DNA of 64,000 bases, from positions 77,440,001-77,504,000 of the forward strand of contig NC_086108.1 in assembly GCF_963921235.1 (NCBI RefSeq). The letters are read 5' to 3'. Below the pieces are notes generated by a model. That model searched no databases. It was not told where the DNA came from and saw only the letters and a program-made list of their open reading frames with translations. The number at the start of each line of letters is the position of its first letter. Within the stretch, counting starts at the first letter, position 1. The stretch comes from Mobula hypostoma. Taxonomy: Eukaryota. A program made the translations under genes and the position numbers. Shown here in pieces: positions 48,650 through 61,609 of this stretch.

Positions 48650-51507
48650 TGTCATGATCCAGTCCGTGAAGCTCACATTCCGGTTCACGGTCTAGTCCAT
48701 CGATCCTTATTCCAGGTTTTCCAGGTTTCCCTTGTTCTGTTGGGGTGCCTCAATTGAGGCAGCTGATTCTCATTTTGGGCTGGCTACATAAATAGCTCCT
48801 GGGTTCAGCTTCATTAGCTGGACTGTTCCCTTCCCCTTCCTTCTGAAGTCTTGGCTTGCAGCCTTTGCCTGTAACGCTGTCAAGTTCAACCGCCGGAGCA
48901 AGATCGGGACCTTGTTGTGTCAAGATAAGGAACAGTCTGTTGTTGTTTGGAATTGTCTCTTTGTGTCCTTGCCTTTGCTAGGTAGGCCTGGTCGTTTGCC
49001 GCTACCTTGTGTTGGAAACAGTCTCTTTGCGTCCTCGCCTCTGTTGGGTAGGTCTGGCCATTTGCTGCTACCTTGAGTTGGGAACTGTCTCTTCGTGTTC
49101 AGTGTACTGTGTATAGAAATAGCCCCAGCCCTTGGTCCTGTTCTCAAGGAGGGGGTCCTTGCTCTGTGTGCTGTGTACGAGTCCCGGCCCTATGTCCTGC
49201 TCCCAAGGAGGGGTCCCGGCTCTGTGTTCCATGTTCCCGTGCTCAAGTCCAAGGCTCTGAGGCTCCTGAGTTCCAACTCCAAGGCTCCGAGGTTCTTATC
49301 TCCAAAGACCAAGTCAAGGCTTCGTGTTCTTGTCCTGTCCATGTGTCTCGTCCTGTCCATGTGCCTTGCCCAGCCCAGGAGTACCTCGCCCAGCCCTCTG
49401 CTGGAGTTCCCTCATCCGGTGGTGGAGCCACGTCTTGTCCTAGCCTAAACCTGGATTCCTGTTCCAAGTCAAGACCCAGGTTCCTAGTTCCAACCAAGAC
49501 CCAGGATCCAGGTTCTCGTCCAGGCTCTAGTTCCGGAGTCCCATGTCCGTAGTCCAAGCTCCTTGTTCCTAGATCCTTGTCCGGGTTCTGCGTTTCTTGT
49601 CCATGCCCTAGCCCGGCCTGTCATAATGGGAAGCGTTGGAAATGGACCCAAATGCAAGACACAGGCACTAAAGTACGAGGGACAGGACTGAGATGCAGGA
49701 CCTGGGCTAGGACATGGACAAGAAACATGGAACCCGGACAAGAAACTATGAACTAGGAGCCTGGGCCTGGACTCCGAGTCAGAGACTGGACAAGGACCTA
49801 GAACTTAGGTCTTGCCTTGGGCTCGGACCCCAGAACTAGGCAAGGACATGACATGGCTCCAGGACTGGATGAGTTTTGAGGCTGGAGTCTTGGGTCTGGA
49901 GAACAGGTGGAGACGTGGCGAGGCTTGGGATCTTCAAGGCTAGATGAGGCTTGGGATCTTTGAGGCTAGACGAGGCTTGGGATCCTGGGGACCAGGCGAA
50001 GACATGACGAGGCTTGGGTTCTTGGAGGCCAGAGGAGGACATGATGGGGCAAAGGTACTCGAGGCAACTCCTGAGCAGGATGCAGGACTCCACCTCATTG
50101 AGGCAAGGACAGGGAGGGACAGAATCAACCACAGGATAACGGCAATCGGCCTGGCTTACCCGATAGAGGCAAGGGACAGGAAGGGACAGAACCAACTGCA
50201 GAGTAACGGCAGTCAGCCTGGCTTACCTGACAGAGGCAAGGGACAGGAAGGGGGCTGGGTCCGGGGTGGCTCTAAGACTCGAGGTGGCTGGTAACCTCAG
50301 CCGGATACAGAACAGCCAAATCCATATCTCAATGACTACATTAGCCTTCCACCGGTGGGTTGCTCCAAGGGGAGACTGACAAGACGACCCAGCAACCATA
50401 CCCAATTCCAGGGCCACTTATATTCCCAGCCCCAAAATGAGCATCAGGTGCTTATGGTTAAGTCCAACTGAAACGAGGGACAGCCGGAAGACCCAGAGTT
50501 CGAAGTCTGTGGACCGGAGCGTGAACCGGAATGCGGACTTCGGACTGGACCATGACAAGGCCCTGCATCCTAGTCTCATCCAGGGCCTGTGTCAATGTCC
50601 AGTGTCCTTTCTTCCCCACTCCCCTTGCTTTCTTGATAAACCTTGTCCTGTTCCTAATACTTCAGTGTCCGTGTCTGGCATTTGGGTCTGCCATCAGCAC
50701 CCATCTTATGACAGAACAGTCCAGCCAAGCATGGACCCAGCGACACAGACACTGTCGTTTTACTCTCACCATCCTGGGTTCCCTCCTGTTGAATAACCCC
50801 TTTGGTCCTGTTCCCAAGGAGGGGGTTCTGGCTCTGTGCTGTGTACGAGTCCCAGCTCTATGTCCTGTTCCCAAGGAGGGGTCCAAGGCTCCGTGTTTCC
50901 CGTGCTCAAGTCCAAGACTCCATGTTTCCTGTGCTCAAGTTCAAGGCTCCGAGGTTCTTGAGTTCCAAGTTCAAGGCTCCGAGGTTCCTGTCTCCCAGGA
51001 CCAAGTCAAGGCTTTGTGTTCTCATCCTGTCCATGTGTCTCGTCCTGTCCATGTGCCTCACCCAGCCCAGGAGTACTTCGCCCAGCCGAGGAATACCTTG
51101 CCCAGCCCGGTGGAGTTTCCTCGTCCGGTGCTGGAGTTCCCTGGTCCCGTCCAGGAGTCTCATGTCCTGTACTGTAGCCACGTCTTATCCTACCCTAAAC
51201 CCAGATTCCAGTCCCAAGTCAAGACCCAGGTTCCAAGTCCCAACCAAGACCCAGATTCCAGGTCCCTGACCAGGCTCTAGTTCCAGAGTTCCATGTCCCT
51301 CGTCCAGGCTACTTGTTCCTAGTTCCTTGTTCGGGTTCCATGTTTCTTGTCCATGTCCTAGCCCAGGCCCTGCATCCTAGTCTCATCCAGGGCCTGTGTC
51401 CTTTCTTCCCCACTCCCCTTGCTTTCTTGATAAACCTTGTCCTGTTCTTAGTACTTCAGTGTCTGTGCCTTGCATTTGGGTCCACCATCAACACCCACCT
51501 TATGACA
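48650..51507 (+). mobile_element. Internally deleted Gypsy (Tf1/sushi-type, self-priming) LTR element
   Basis: 5' LTR tgtcatg 48650 to tatgaca 50713; gag start MDPA at 50731; partial 3' LTR about 50790-51507; TSD gtctt/gactt. Confidence 0.82.
49619..50557 (-). mobile_element. Solo LTR of a related family nested in the 5' LTR
   Basis: tgtcat...atgaca termini; TSD cggcc/aggcc; uninterrupted target visible in the 3' LTR (cccaggccctgcatcc, 51362-51377). Confidence 0.85.
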
Positions 51508-51574
51508 GACTTGTTAAAATTCCCACAAATTTGAGATGATATTGAGAAAATCCCAGCCAGTAATTGGTCACAAA

Positions 51575-51760
51575 CAGACGCACTGGGTAAGCAGTGGACA
51601 CATCACCTTACAAACTGCCAATCTGCCCATTCAGTCACCAGCTGTACCATTGGTGGAGGAGTCTGCAGACTCCACATTGGCCTCACTGGCCACTTAAGAA
51701 CTCACAAAATAGGATTGGAGGTAACTTACCTTTAATCCTGAAGTTTTGTCCTTGAGGAAT
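51575..51760 (+). mobile_element. RTE-type LINE 3' remnant
   Basis: CTIGGGVCRLHIGLTGHLRTH resembles the terminal C2H2 motif of RTE. Confidence 0.55.
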
Positions 51761-53049
51761 ACTGCATTCAGCACATTCCCATGAGAATAGTTTACAGCTA
51801 CTAATTGCTCTAGGAATTTTTAAATTTTACTTTTTTTTTTTAGCCCAGATTTGAAAAGTTTAGTTTTATGCATCCCTAAGGTCGATAGAAATCTTACTCC
51901 AGCCTAGCAGAGAGTGTCCCACGCAAAAGGAATACCTAAATAGCAAAACCAAACAGAAGAATTACTTGTTATATCAAAACTAATACAAAGTTATTGAGTG
52001 CTAATCTAAAATTGATTTGGTGGAAGCAAAACCCTAAAAGAAATGTACTTGGGATGATAAGCACAATTGTCATTGTTCCTCCTCAGCTGCTCCTGAGAAT
52101 ATGTAGATATATATTGTCAATATTCAACAAAATGGTAAAATGAGCATAATAAAAATCTAACAGTTTAATTTTTAATCAGATGGTCTCAGAGTTGCCTTTA
52201 TCTGTGTTCTAATAAAAAAACATAGTACTTACAAAACAAATACAATTTGAGAGCAGTCACCAAAATTGAATTATTGTGCTCTTATTTAGATACCAATGCC
52301 ACACATTTTACCATGAGCTAATCAAGATTTATTAGGATGTGGCACTCAAATGTGGGCTAATTGATACAGTAATTTATGGCTATGGGTGCTTCCGGTCCTT
52401 CATTACGACTTTGAGCTTTAAAAAGCATTCTCAATCAGTTAATCTCAGATTGCAAGATAAAAAGACTCCTTTAACTGTGCAATCAGTGTAAACCAATTGT
52501 GGCCTTGCAAATCATGCATCAAATGGTAAGAGAGTTTTTACAGCTGATTCAAAGAGCTTGGTTCAGTGTTCCCACACAGAAACACTTTGAAGAGTAGATA
52601 TTACAGATGAAGGTAATATGTGTTGTACTTCCTTGAGTTACTGAGACCTCACAGAAGGCCTTAATAGCAAAAGTAATTCTATTAATTATTTGAACTGTAT
52701 TTTTTTTAGCCAAGAGAATTAATTTCAAAACTACACAATGACCACCAAAGAAGTACTCATTCCATTTAATAATTCACAGATTCTCCTGGTATTTTCCCCC
52801 TGACTAAATGATGCCTTATTGTTTCCCAGTGTTTTCCTTTTCTCAGTGAAAATGAATGAAGCCAATAAAATGAACACATTCAACAACCACTATGATCAAT
52901 AAGGGCCTACTATGAGCATCCTGAAAAATGCAGCAGTTATTGGGAAATAACAAAAAAGTATTATGGTATAGTTCTGTGGTTATTATTGCTGATGCTTCCG
53001 ACTCTAATTCAAAGATTTTTGACAATTAGCACAAGGACTGGAGTATTCC

Positions 53050-53480
53050 ATCCTAGTGTATGGTTGGAGATGGCAATAGAAGAGTGAGATAGATCAGCTA
53101 GTTGAGTGATGTCACAACAATAACCCTGTAGTCAACATCAGCAAGACCAAAGAATTGAACATGGACTTGAGGAAGGAGAATTTAAGAGAACACATGAGTC
53201 CTCATCGGGGATCAGCGGTGGAAAGGAAGAGCAGACTTAAGGTCCTGGATGTCATAATCTTCGAGGATCTATCCCGGGATCAACACATTGATGCAGTCAC
53301 AAAGAAGCAATATCAGTGGCTCTATTTCATTAGAGTTTGAGGAGATTTGTTATGTCACCAAAAACTCTTGCAAATTTGTACAGATGTACAATTGAAAGAT
53401 TTCAGACTGGTTACATCACAGCCTGGTATGGAGGCTTCAATCTCCACAACCATCCCCACCATCGAGTTCATCTTCAAGAG
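53050..53480 (+). mobile_element. Old Rex/Babar RT fragment
   Basis: NISKTKEL..DLR, EDLSRDQHIDAVTKK..LYFIR. Confidence 0.75.
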
Positions 53481-54789
53481 GTGAAGAGGTTCACAGCCAG
53501 GAAATACTGAATGGTTCATGCAGATAAAATCTCCTCCTCATCTGAAGGTAGTATTTATCTATCTTTAGTAAAAATATACTTATCTGTGCAAGATTTCCAT
53601 TTCTATTACTGTTGATTGCTTACAACTTTAACAACTTAAATTAGATTTTTGTTAAGTAAGTGCACTAATGATCAATAGTCAATACAAATGTGGTTCAAAT
53701 AGCTTCCCAAACTGATGAGTAGTAGAATACAATTCACAATTCACATTGCTGTAGATTGCGCCATGTCTCAGGAGCTGACTTGTAAATCCTAGAGTTTGAG
53801 AAAAACATCATAGTTCTTGATGTCTTTGATACTTTTCAATTGATCTGTCTAACAGAGTAAAATAGTGCAAATTGCATGGGACTTTTTAGAAAAAAAAGGC
53901 AAATTTCAATCTATAATGTATTGTTGATACTCTGGATGTTAACATAAACTTCTGCTTTGTAGAAGATTGTAACTTTGAACTCAAGAATACAAAGGAAATA
54001 GACTGAAATAGATTGATCTGACTTCCAACTTGTGTTTGAAGATTAAGCCTGTTTATAAAGTTTCAACCAAACTGCAGAAATATTAGACACTTTCTCTTTG
54101 TGAAGCAAGCCTGTACTATTCCACTTGGAGCAAGCACACTGATGTGAGTTTGTAGGTGTGCCTACATTTGTGAGTAGAATAGTGCATTGTTGTCATCGGT
54201 TTTTGTTGGCTGATACCCAGTTTTATTTTAAGTCACAGTGGAAAAGCACTGGCTTTATTTAAGATAGCATTGTTTTTGTATTGATATGCAGGAATTTTTT
54301 GCCTGTACATAATTATTAATGCCACTGTACTTTCAGAGCAAACCAATTTAAACAATCTTGCAAATCCAAAGGAGATCACCGAGTTAACTGAACTACAGCA
54401 AAGAACAACAATATTCTAAAACAGTATGTTTTTAACATACAAGGAGTAGGGATGAGAAAAGGAATATGCAAGGATCCAATTGTTTATCATTGTTCCTGCT
54501 TGTATGTGTACATGACTTGGAATCAGATCTTCCTTTGTTGTGCTGCATCACACAATTAAATACTCCTGCAATCTTAATTAAGTGCCTCAGCCTAAAATGT
54601 TGATAGCTTATTCCCTTCCATAGCTGCTGCCTGCCATATTGTGTTCCTCCAACATTTTCTGTTGCTCAAGATTTCCAGCATCTTCAGAATTTCTCATGTC
54701 TATTACTCCTGGATTCCTTGGAATGAATGAATAATTATTCATTTTTAAAATTCTTTCTTTCTTCTCTTTTGACCCTGTCTTCTTTTTAT

Positions 54790-55560
54790 AGAATCATACA
54801 ATGGAAAGTGGTGATTCAGTCCATCTGGTCTAAGCTAGCTCTCTATCAGAGCAACTCTTCAGTTCCACCCCTTAGCCCCTTCTCCATAACCTCTCAAATT
54901 TTTTCTCACCACATAGTTATCCAATTTCCTCTTGAAGACCACAGACCACCACATCTGTAGCGTAAAAAAAGTTTGTTCTTGTTTCATTATTAATTCCCTT
55001 CTCCCTTTATTTTCAACATTTCTAGTCCTTGACCACCCCTCCACCAACAAGGAAACAGGCTTCCACTTTTCATTTTGCTGAGAACCCTCATCATTTTATA
55101 TAGTATCAGATCTCTCCTCATTCTGTTTTTCAAATAAAAAAAGTTCCAGCTTCTTCATTCTGTCTCTCTAACTGCCTCCACTCAGCCATCGCTCCAGTAG
55201 GTCTCAAAATCATCCAAGTCTCCGCAATAATTGAGTTGAAATCAGACTAATATTTTAAAGTTTTTTCATGATTTAAATGTCTTAATAAAGCCCAGAAAGG
55301 TGTCAATGTGCTCTCCCAGTAGTGTGCCCATATAACTGAGATCCCTTTGATCCAGCATCTGTTTAAGAACCGTATCTTTATTCTACGTTGCTTCATATCA
55401 TTGTTCTTATCACCTCACATTTCTCCTGATTAAACTTCTTTTGCCACAAGTTTGCCCATTTAACTAGTCTGTTTGTATCCTGTTGTCATAAATTACTGTA
55501 TTATCCTCCTCAGAGTTTGCAATACTGGCAAGTTATGTGTCAACAAACTTGCAAATTATG
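54790..55560 (-). mobile_element. Ancient CR1 3' portion
   Basis: atagaatcata tail and decayed RT C-terminal motifs. Confidence 0.55.
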
Positions 55561-55629
55561 ACTTGCACTCAAGTGTCAACCGTGTGTATTACTGCAGTGT
55601 CATTTGGAAGAATCAACACTCTGAATTAA

Positions 55630-56765
55630 AAGTTCAAAGTTCAATTTAAATTTACTATTGAAGTACATATATGTCACCATATACTACCTGGAGATTCATT
55701 TTCTTGTGGGCATTCACCATTGACCAAAAAAATACAAAATCAATCAATGAAAAGCTGTACAGAAAGACTGACAAGCAGCAACACACATAAGGGGATAAAC
55801 TGCGCAAATGCAATAAAAACAAAATAATAAATAAGTAAATAATACTGAGAACATGAGTTGTAGAGTTCTTGACAATTGTCCACACTGGTTCAAGAGCCTG
55901 ATATTTGAAGATAATAAATGTTCCTGAGCCTGGTGGTGTGGAACCTAAGGCTCCTGTACCTCCTTCCCAGTGGTAGCTGAGAGAAGAGAGCATAGCCTGG
56001 ATGGTGAGGATACGATGATGGATGCTGCTTTCTTGTGGCAGTGCTCCATGTGGATGTGCTGAATGGAGGTGAGGGTGTTTCCTGTGATGAAATAGGCTGT
56101 ATCCATAACTTTCTGTAAGATTTTCCATTCTTGGGCACTGGTGTTTCCATACCAGGCCATGATGCAACTAGTCAGGATACTCTTCACTGAGCCTCTATGG
56201 AAGTTTGTTAAAGCTTTCGATGACATGCTAAGAAGGTAGAGGTGGTGACATGCTTTCTTTGAAATGGCACTAAGGTGCTGGTTCTAGGACAAATCCTCTA
56301 TGCAGTAACATGCAGGATTTCAAAGTTACTGATCCTTCTGCACCTCTGATCCCCTAATGAGCACTGGCTCATGGAGCCCCAATTTCTTCCTCCTGTCGTC
56401 CTCTAGCTCTTCGGTTTTCCTGACCTGAAGTGAGAAGTTGTTGTTGTGACACCACTCAACCTGATTTCCAATCTCCATCCCATATGCTGATTTGCCAACA
56501 ACAGAGGTGTTTTCAGCAAACTTAAATATGGCATTGGAGCTGTACTTAGCCTCACGGTCATAATTATAAAGAGAGTAGAGAAAGGGGCTAAGCATACAGC
56601 TTTGTGGTGCATCAGTGCTGATGCTGATTGTGGAGGAGATGGTTTTGCCAATCTGTACTGACTAGAGGCTGCAAGTGAGGAAATCATGGATCCGGTTACA
56701 CAGAGGCAGGAGCCCAAGGTCTTACAGCTTATTAATTCGTCTTGAGGGCATGATTATGTTGAATT
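55630..56765 (-). mobile_element. Rex/Babar LINE RT fragment
   Basis: LSPFLYSLY, FKFAENT, WCHNN, ILTSCIMAWYGN, HPGYALFSQLPLGRRYRS; ttcaaag tail. Confidence 0.85.
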
Positions 56766-58461
56766 CGTTATTCTTTATGTCATCAGCTATCAACAATGTA
56801 TATTCTTGTTCAGTGAGAAACTGGAGTAATCTGAAAATTCCATCACCAGGGTTTTTTGCGGCAGTTCAGCGAAAATGTAACAGCATTCAATTTTGGGCAG
56901 GATTTAGAATGTAATATTAACATTATGTGCTTTAATATAAATTAAGAATAAAATTTTGAATCAGTAGATGGTAAAATTATCCCAGGTCATTCCTACAAAT
57001 ATAATGTAGTTTTATTGAAAACAAAATGAATTCTTGATTACTGTGGTTGTTTTTGACTCATTAATAACATTGTGGATTTAAAATTATTTGAAGTCTCACA
57101 GATTAGACAGCCACTGCAGTGATAGAAACTAAACTGTTACTTTGACTTCATTGTGCTTCTATCAGAAATTTGATCTTACACAAACTTCTCAATTAATATT
57201 TCAAGTAAAAATGGTACTCTGAAAATTTATTTGTCATAAATAGCCGTGAGTGCATCTTTGAAGCAAGCACTCGCTAGCAAGATTGAATACAAATACATAT
57301 TATTATCCAGATTTTTAGTCCCTCCATGTGGGAATTCATGAGACCACAAAATCACTTCAGTTGCTGTAAAATAAAGGTAATAACAGTTGTAAAAGGAAGA
57401 AACTTAGGAAGACTGAAGCTTGAATGACTTCTCTGTAGGTTGACCAGTTATGATTGCACTCTATTCTGATCTATGTAGATAAGTGTTAATGGTGGTTGAC
57501 AGGTTTGCTATTAGATTAGGCGAGGCAGTAGATTGAAAACACAAAAGAGAGAATATAGGTGTCAAACAACATGGTGCCAAAAGCATAATTATCAGTGGTT
57601 GCCTGCTGGGAGGTAAAGTGAAGGAGGCCTAGTAGCATAGAACTCCTCCTGGCCTTATTGAGGCCAAATAACACACAATTCCTCTGGGCAGCAATCTGAT
57701 GTATCGTAACATGGAGAATGACTGAAAATTGCTAAATATTCACCATTCGAATGTGCAATAAGTGTTCAATAATTGTCAGAGAGGGACTGATATCATCACT
57801 ACTAGATGATAGCAGCGGTGGGGGGTGGGTGGGTTATTGACAATAGCAGTAGTATAAAATAGTTCTGACAGGGGGAAATGCACTGCAGGTGATCACAAAG
57901 TCACCTTTGTTCATGTTATCTACCTATGAACTGAGAAAGATTTGAGCAAATAGTATAAGATTTCACAGTGTTTCTAACACCTTGGTGGAGTTAATTAAAA
58001 GACCAGCATTTTATTCATTCTCTGGCTCTCCTGAATCAATTTTGGGAACTGTTTACTTCTGTCCATTCATTTCTGGAAACTTTTGACCTGAAACATTATA
58101 TTTATAAAGGGAAATGGAACAAACCTATAAATTCCATTATTTTGCTAATGTGTGCCATCATGGAACATCTCCTCATGTGACCAACATAGAGGAAGAAAAA
58201 TCTTTTCACATATCCTATTTGTTTACATAATGAATGGTGGGATTATGGATAAATTTAGTCAATGCTTAATTGCCTCCTGGAAAGTCCAAAGCAGAATGAT
58301 GGTAAAACAGCAATAATTCCAGCTGGCCTATTCCCACTTCGTCTAATTCAAGTAAGAAGAAAATTATGGTGGAATCCATGATGAGTGCAGCACATTTACA
58401 CAAATCTCTGAACAATAATCAATTTAATCTATAGGAAAGCTTCAGTGTATAATGTGTGCAA

Positions 58462-58669
58462 ATTGTTGGTGTTCCTTTCCATGCTTTCTGGCGCATCGGG
58501 CGGCACATTTGCCGTTTCCTTTGCACTTTCGTTTGTATTACGAGGCCAATTTACCAGCTCAACGCTCAGCCCTGCATGGATGGAAAGCGTGCAAGGAGAC
58601 AACGGGATTCGAACCAGGGTCCACTCACCTTTAATTTCGGTGCAAATGCCACTATACCACTGGCTGGCT
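58462..58669 (-). mobile_element. Short tRNA-derived SINE with 12-bp TSD
   Basis: Minus strand A box tggtatagtgg, B box ggttcgaatcc; TSD taatgtgtgcaa 58450-58461 / taatgtgagcaa 58670-58681. Confidence 0.85.
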
Positions 58670-59159
58670 TAATGTGAGCAAGCGAATTAGGCTTATTTTT
58701 GATTGAGTTTTGTTTTCACTAATGTAGCAGAGACAATGATTCATAAGGACTTTTTCCCCAAATTGCTAGATCAATAGAATGGAACTGAGCTCTTGTGGAG
58801 ACTTAGTCAAACTTCTTTCCTTCCAGCATCAGATTTCTGAATGGTCTGTAAACTCATGAATTTCTAGATTAATGAACTTCTTCACTAATCTTCTTTTGCA
58901 AATTTTTTTATATATTGTAACTCAAAGTAATTTTTATGTCTTGCAGAGTATTACAGCCAGAAGGCAACAAATTTCACTACATATGTCAGTGATAATAAAT
59001 TGTGTTTATGACTCAATTTTGAACAGAAGAATTGTCTGAATGCAAACCTGCAATATTGTACGTCAACAGAAACAGTATAGTAACACCTTGAACAATAAAA
59101 TATAGCAGAAAAGTAATATAATACTGAATAATCTTCCAGGTGATCTGAAGTCTGTCCCA

Positions 59160-59380
59160 ACTTTAAGCTCTTTTAAATCAAAGCTTAAAACTTTTCTTTT
59201 TGCTGTAGCTTTTAATTAGAATTTCCTGCACTGTAATTTTTATGTCTTTGTTTTTATGTGTGACTCTTTATATTGTCCAAAATTTGATGTTTGATTTTTA
59301 TATTTTGTTTTAAGTAAAGCACTTTGAACTGCTTTGTGTTTGAAAAGTGCAGTACAAATAAATTTGCCTTGCCTTACCTT
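59160..59380 (+). mobile_element. L2-type LINE 3' end
   Basis: FKSKLKTFLF, then gtaaagcactttga...aaagtgcagtacaaataaa and a ttgcc-repeat tail. Confidence 0.7.
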
Positions 59381-59499
59381 ACCATAAATGAATTAATAGT
59401 TTAATAGTTTATTCATATTTTTACTCATACTGAGGAGTTTACTCATATATTTAGCGGAATCAAGGTGGATCACATTAGAAACAAACGATTTTTAGCAAA

Positions 59500-59900
59500 A
59501 AGCAGGCTCCATCATCAAGGACTCTAAAATTCCGGCCATGCTCTCTTTTCTTGCTGTCATTGGGAAGGAGGTACAGGAGGTGCTGCTCAACATATAAGAG
59601 GGAGATTGAAAATCTGGCTGAATGGTGCCACAACAATGACCTCTCACTCAACGCCAGGAAAGCCACAGAGCTAATTATTGACTACAGGAGGAAGAAATTA
59701 GGGGTCCATGAGCCAGTGCTCATTAGCGTCTTGGAGGTGGAGGGGGTCAGTAATTTCAAATCCCTGGGTATTATCATGATAGAGGATCTGTCCTGGGACC
59801 AGCATGTAAATACCATTTCAAAGAAAGCATGGCAGCACCTCTACTTTCTGAGAAGTTTGTGCAGATTCGGCAAGTTGTCTGAAACTGATGTACTTCTATC
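59500..59900 (+). mobile_element. Rearranged Rex/Babar fragments
   Basis: ORF 59551-59976: EWCHNNDLSLNARKATELIIDYR...LYFLRSL. Confidence 0.75.
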
Positions 59901-60084
59901 GGTGCACAGTGGAGCATATCATGTAAAACTAACCGTTCCCCCTCCCCCCATTCCAATCATAGTTGGTATGAAATAGGCAGCTGTTTGAAATTGATGGCAG
60001 ATATGAAGCTAATCACAGTAGTGAAACCCAGCGATAAGCGCGTGGTCAATTAAATCCGACAGTCTGTGGAGGACAGTCCAACAA

Positions 60085-61540
60085 CAAACAGGAGAAAATC
60101 TGCAGATGCTGGAAATCCAAGCAACAAACTCAAAATGCTGGAGGAACTCAGCAGGCCAGGCAGCATCTATGGAAAAAGGTACAGTTGATGTTTCAGGCCA
60201 AGACCTTTCATCAGGACCGCAGAAAAAACAGATGAGAAGTCAGAGTTAGACGGTGGGAGCGGGGAGGGGAGGGGAGGAAGGAAGAAACACAAGGTGAAAC
60301 CGGGAAGCATGAAATAAAGAGCTGGGAAGTTGACTGGTGAGAGAGATACAGGGCTGGAGAAGGGGGAATCTGATAGGAGAGGACAGAAGGACATGGAAGA
60401 AAGAAAAGGGGGAGGAACACCAGAGGGCGGCGATAGGCAGGCAAGGAAATAAGGCAAGAGAGGGAAAAGGGGATGGGGAAATGGTGATAGGGAGGGGCCT
60501 TACTGGAAGTTTGAGAAATCGATGTTCATGCCATCAGGTTGGAGGCTACCCAGATGAAATATAACGTGTTGCTCCTCCAACCTGAGTGTAGCCTCATCGC
60601 AACAGTAGAGGCGGCCCTGGACTGACGTCAGAATGGGAATGGGAAGTGGAATTAAAATGGATGGGCATTGGGAGATCCCGCTTTTTCTGGTGGATGGAGT
60701 GTAGGTATTGGCAAAGTGCTAGTGGTCTCCCAATCTATGGCGGGTAAACTTACAGGAAGCCACACGGGAACACCAGATACAGGTGATGACCCCAACAGAC
60801 TACTTGTGAAGTGTTGCCTCAGCTGGAAGGACTGTTTGGGACCCTGAATGGTAGTGAGGGAGGAGGTGTAGGGGCAGATGTAGCCACTTGTTCCACTTGC
60901 AAGAGTAAGTGCCGGGGGTAGATCAATGGGAGTCAGATAGCGAGTGATCCTTGCAGAAAGTGGGAGGAGGGAAAGATATGCTTGGTGGTGGGATCACGTT
61001 GGAGATGGTGGAAGTTATGAAGAATTCTGTGCTGGATGCAGAGGCTTGTGGGGTAGTAGGTGAGGACAAGAGGAACCCTATCCCTGGTGGGGTGAGAGCA
61101 GGCATGCACAAAATGAAAGAAATGAGCCCTCCGGGAGAAGGCTCAGGAGCTTGAAGACTTGTACGGCCAGATTTAGAAACAGCTTCTTTCCAACTGTGAT
61201 AAGACTGCTGAACGGATCCTGACCCGGATCTGGGCCACACCCTCCAAACATCCGGACCTGCCTCTCGGTTTTTTTTGCACTACCTTATTTTCCCTTTTCT
61301 ATTTTCTATTTATGATTTATAATTTAAATTTTTAATATTTACTATTGATTTGTACTCCAAGGAACACGAAGCGCAGAATCAAATATCACTGTGATGATTG
61401 TACGTTCTAGTATCAATTTTTTGGCGTCAATGAAGTATAAAGTAAAGTAAAAATGCGGTTAAGATCAGTGTTGATGGTGAAGGAAGGGAACCCCCTTTCT
61501 TTGAAGAAGGGGGTTATCTCCATCATTCAGGAATGAAGTC
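60085..61540 (-). mobile_element. Older PLE 3' portion, interrupted by a Rex insertion
   Basis: Homologous to the reverse complement of 46680-47880; decayed hammerhead at 60182-60217. Confidence 0.85.
61125..61450 (+). mobile_element. Young Rex/Babar 3' fragment nested in the PLE
   Basis: Matches 30940-31263; aaatg at 61120-61124 and 61451-61455. Confidence 0.8.
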
Positions 61541-61609
61541 CGTGGAGGAGGACCCAGACTGTGCTCAACTGTGGACTATTCACTCTGTGAGATTCACACC
61601 ATTTGTACA

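Noticed and set aside
49073..51534. Long Pro/Ser/Cys-rich ORFs
   Set aside because: They arise from repetitive GC-rich LTR sequence open in several frames; no domain is recognisable.
58560..58669. tRNA gene
   Set aside because: A/B boxes are present, but there is no clean cloverleaf or terminator; the SINE body, tail and TSD explain it.
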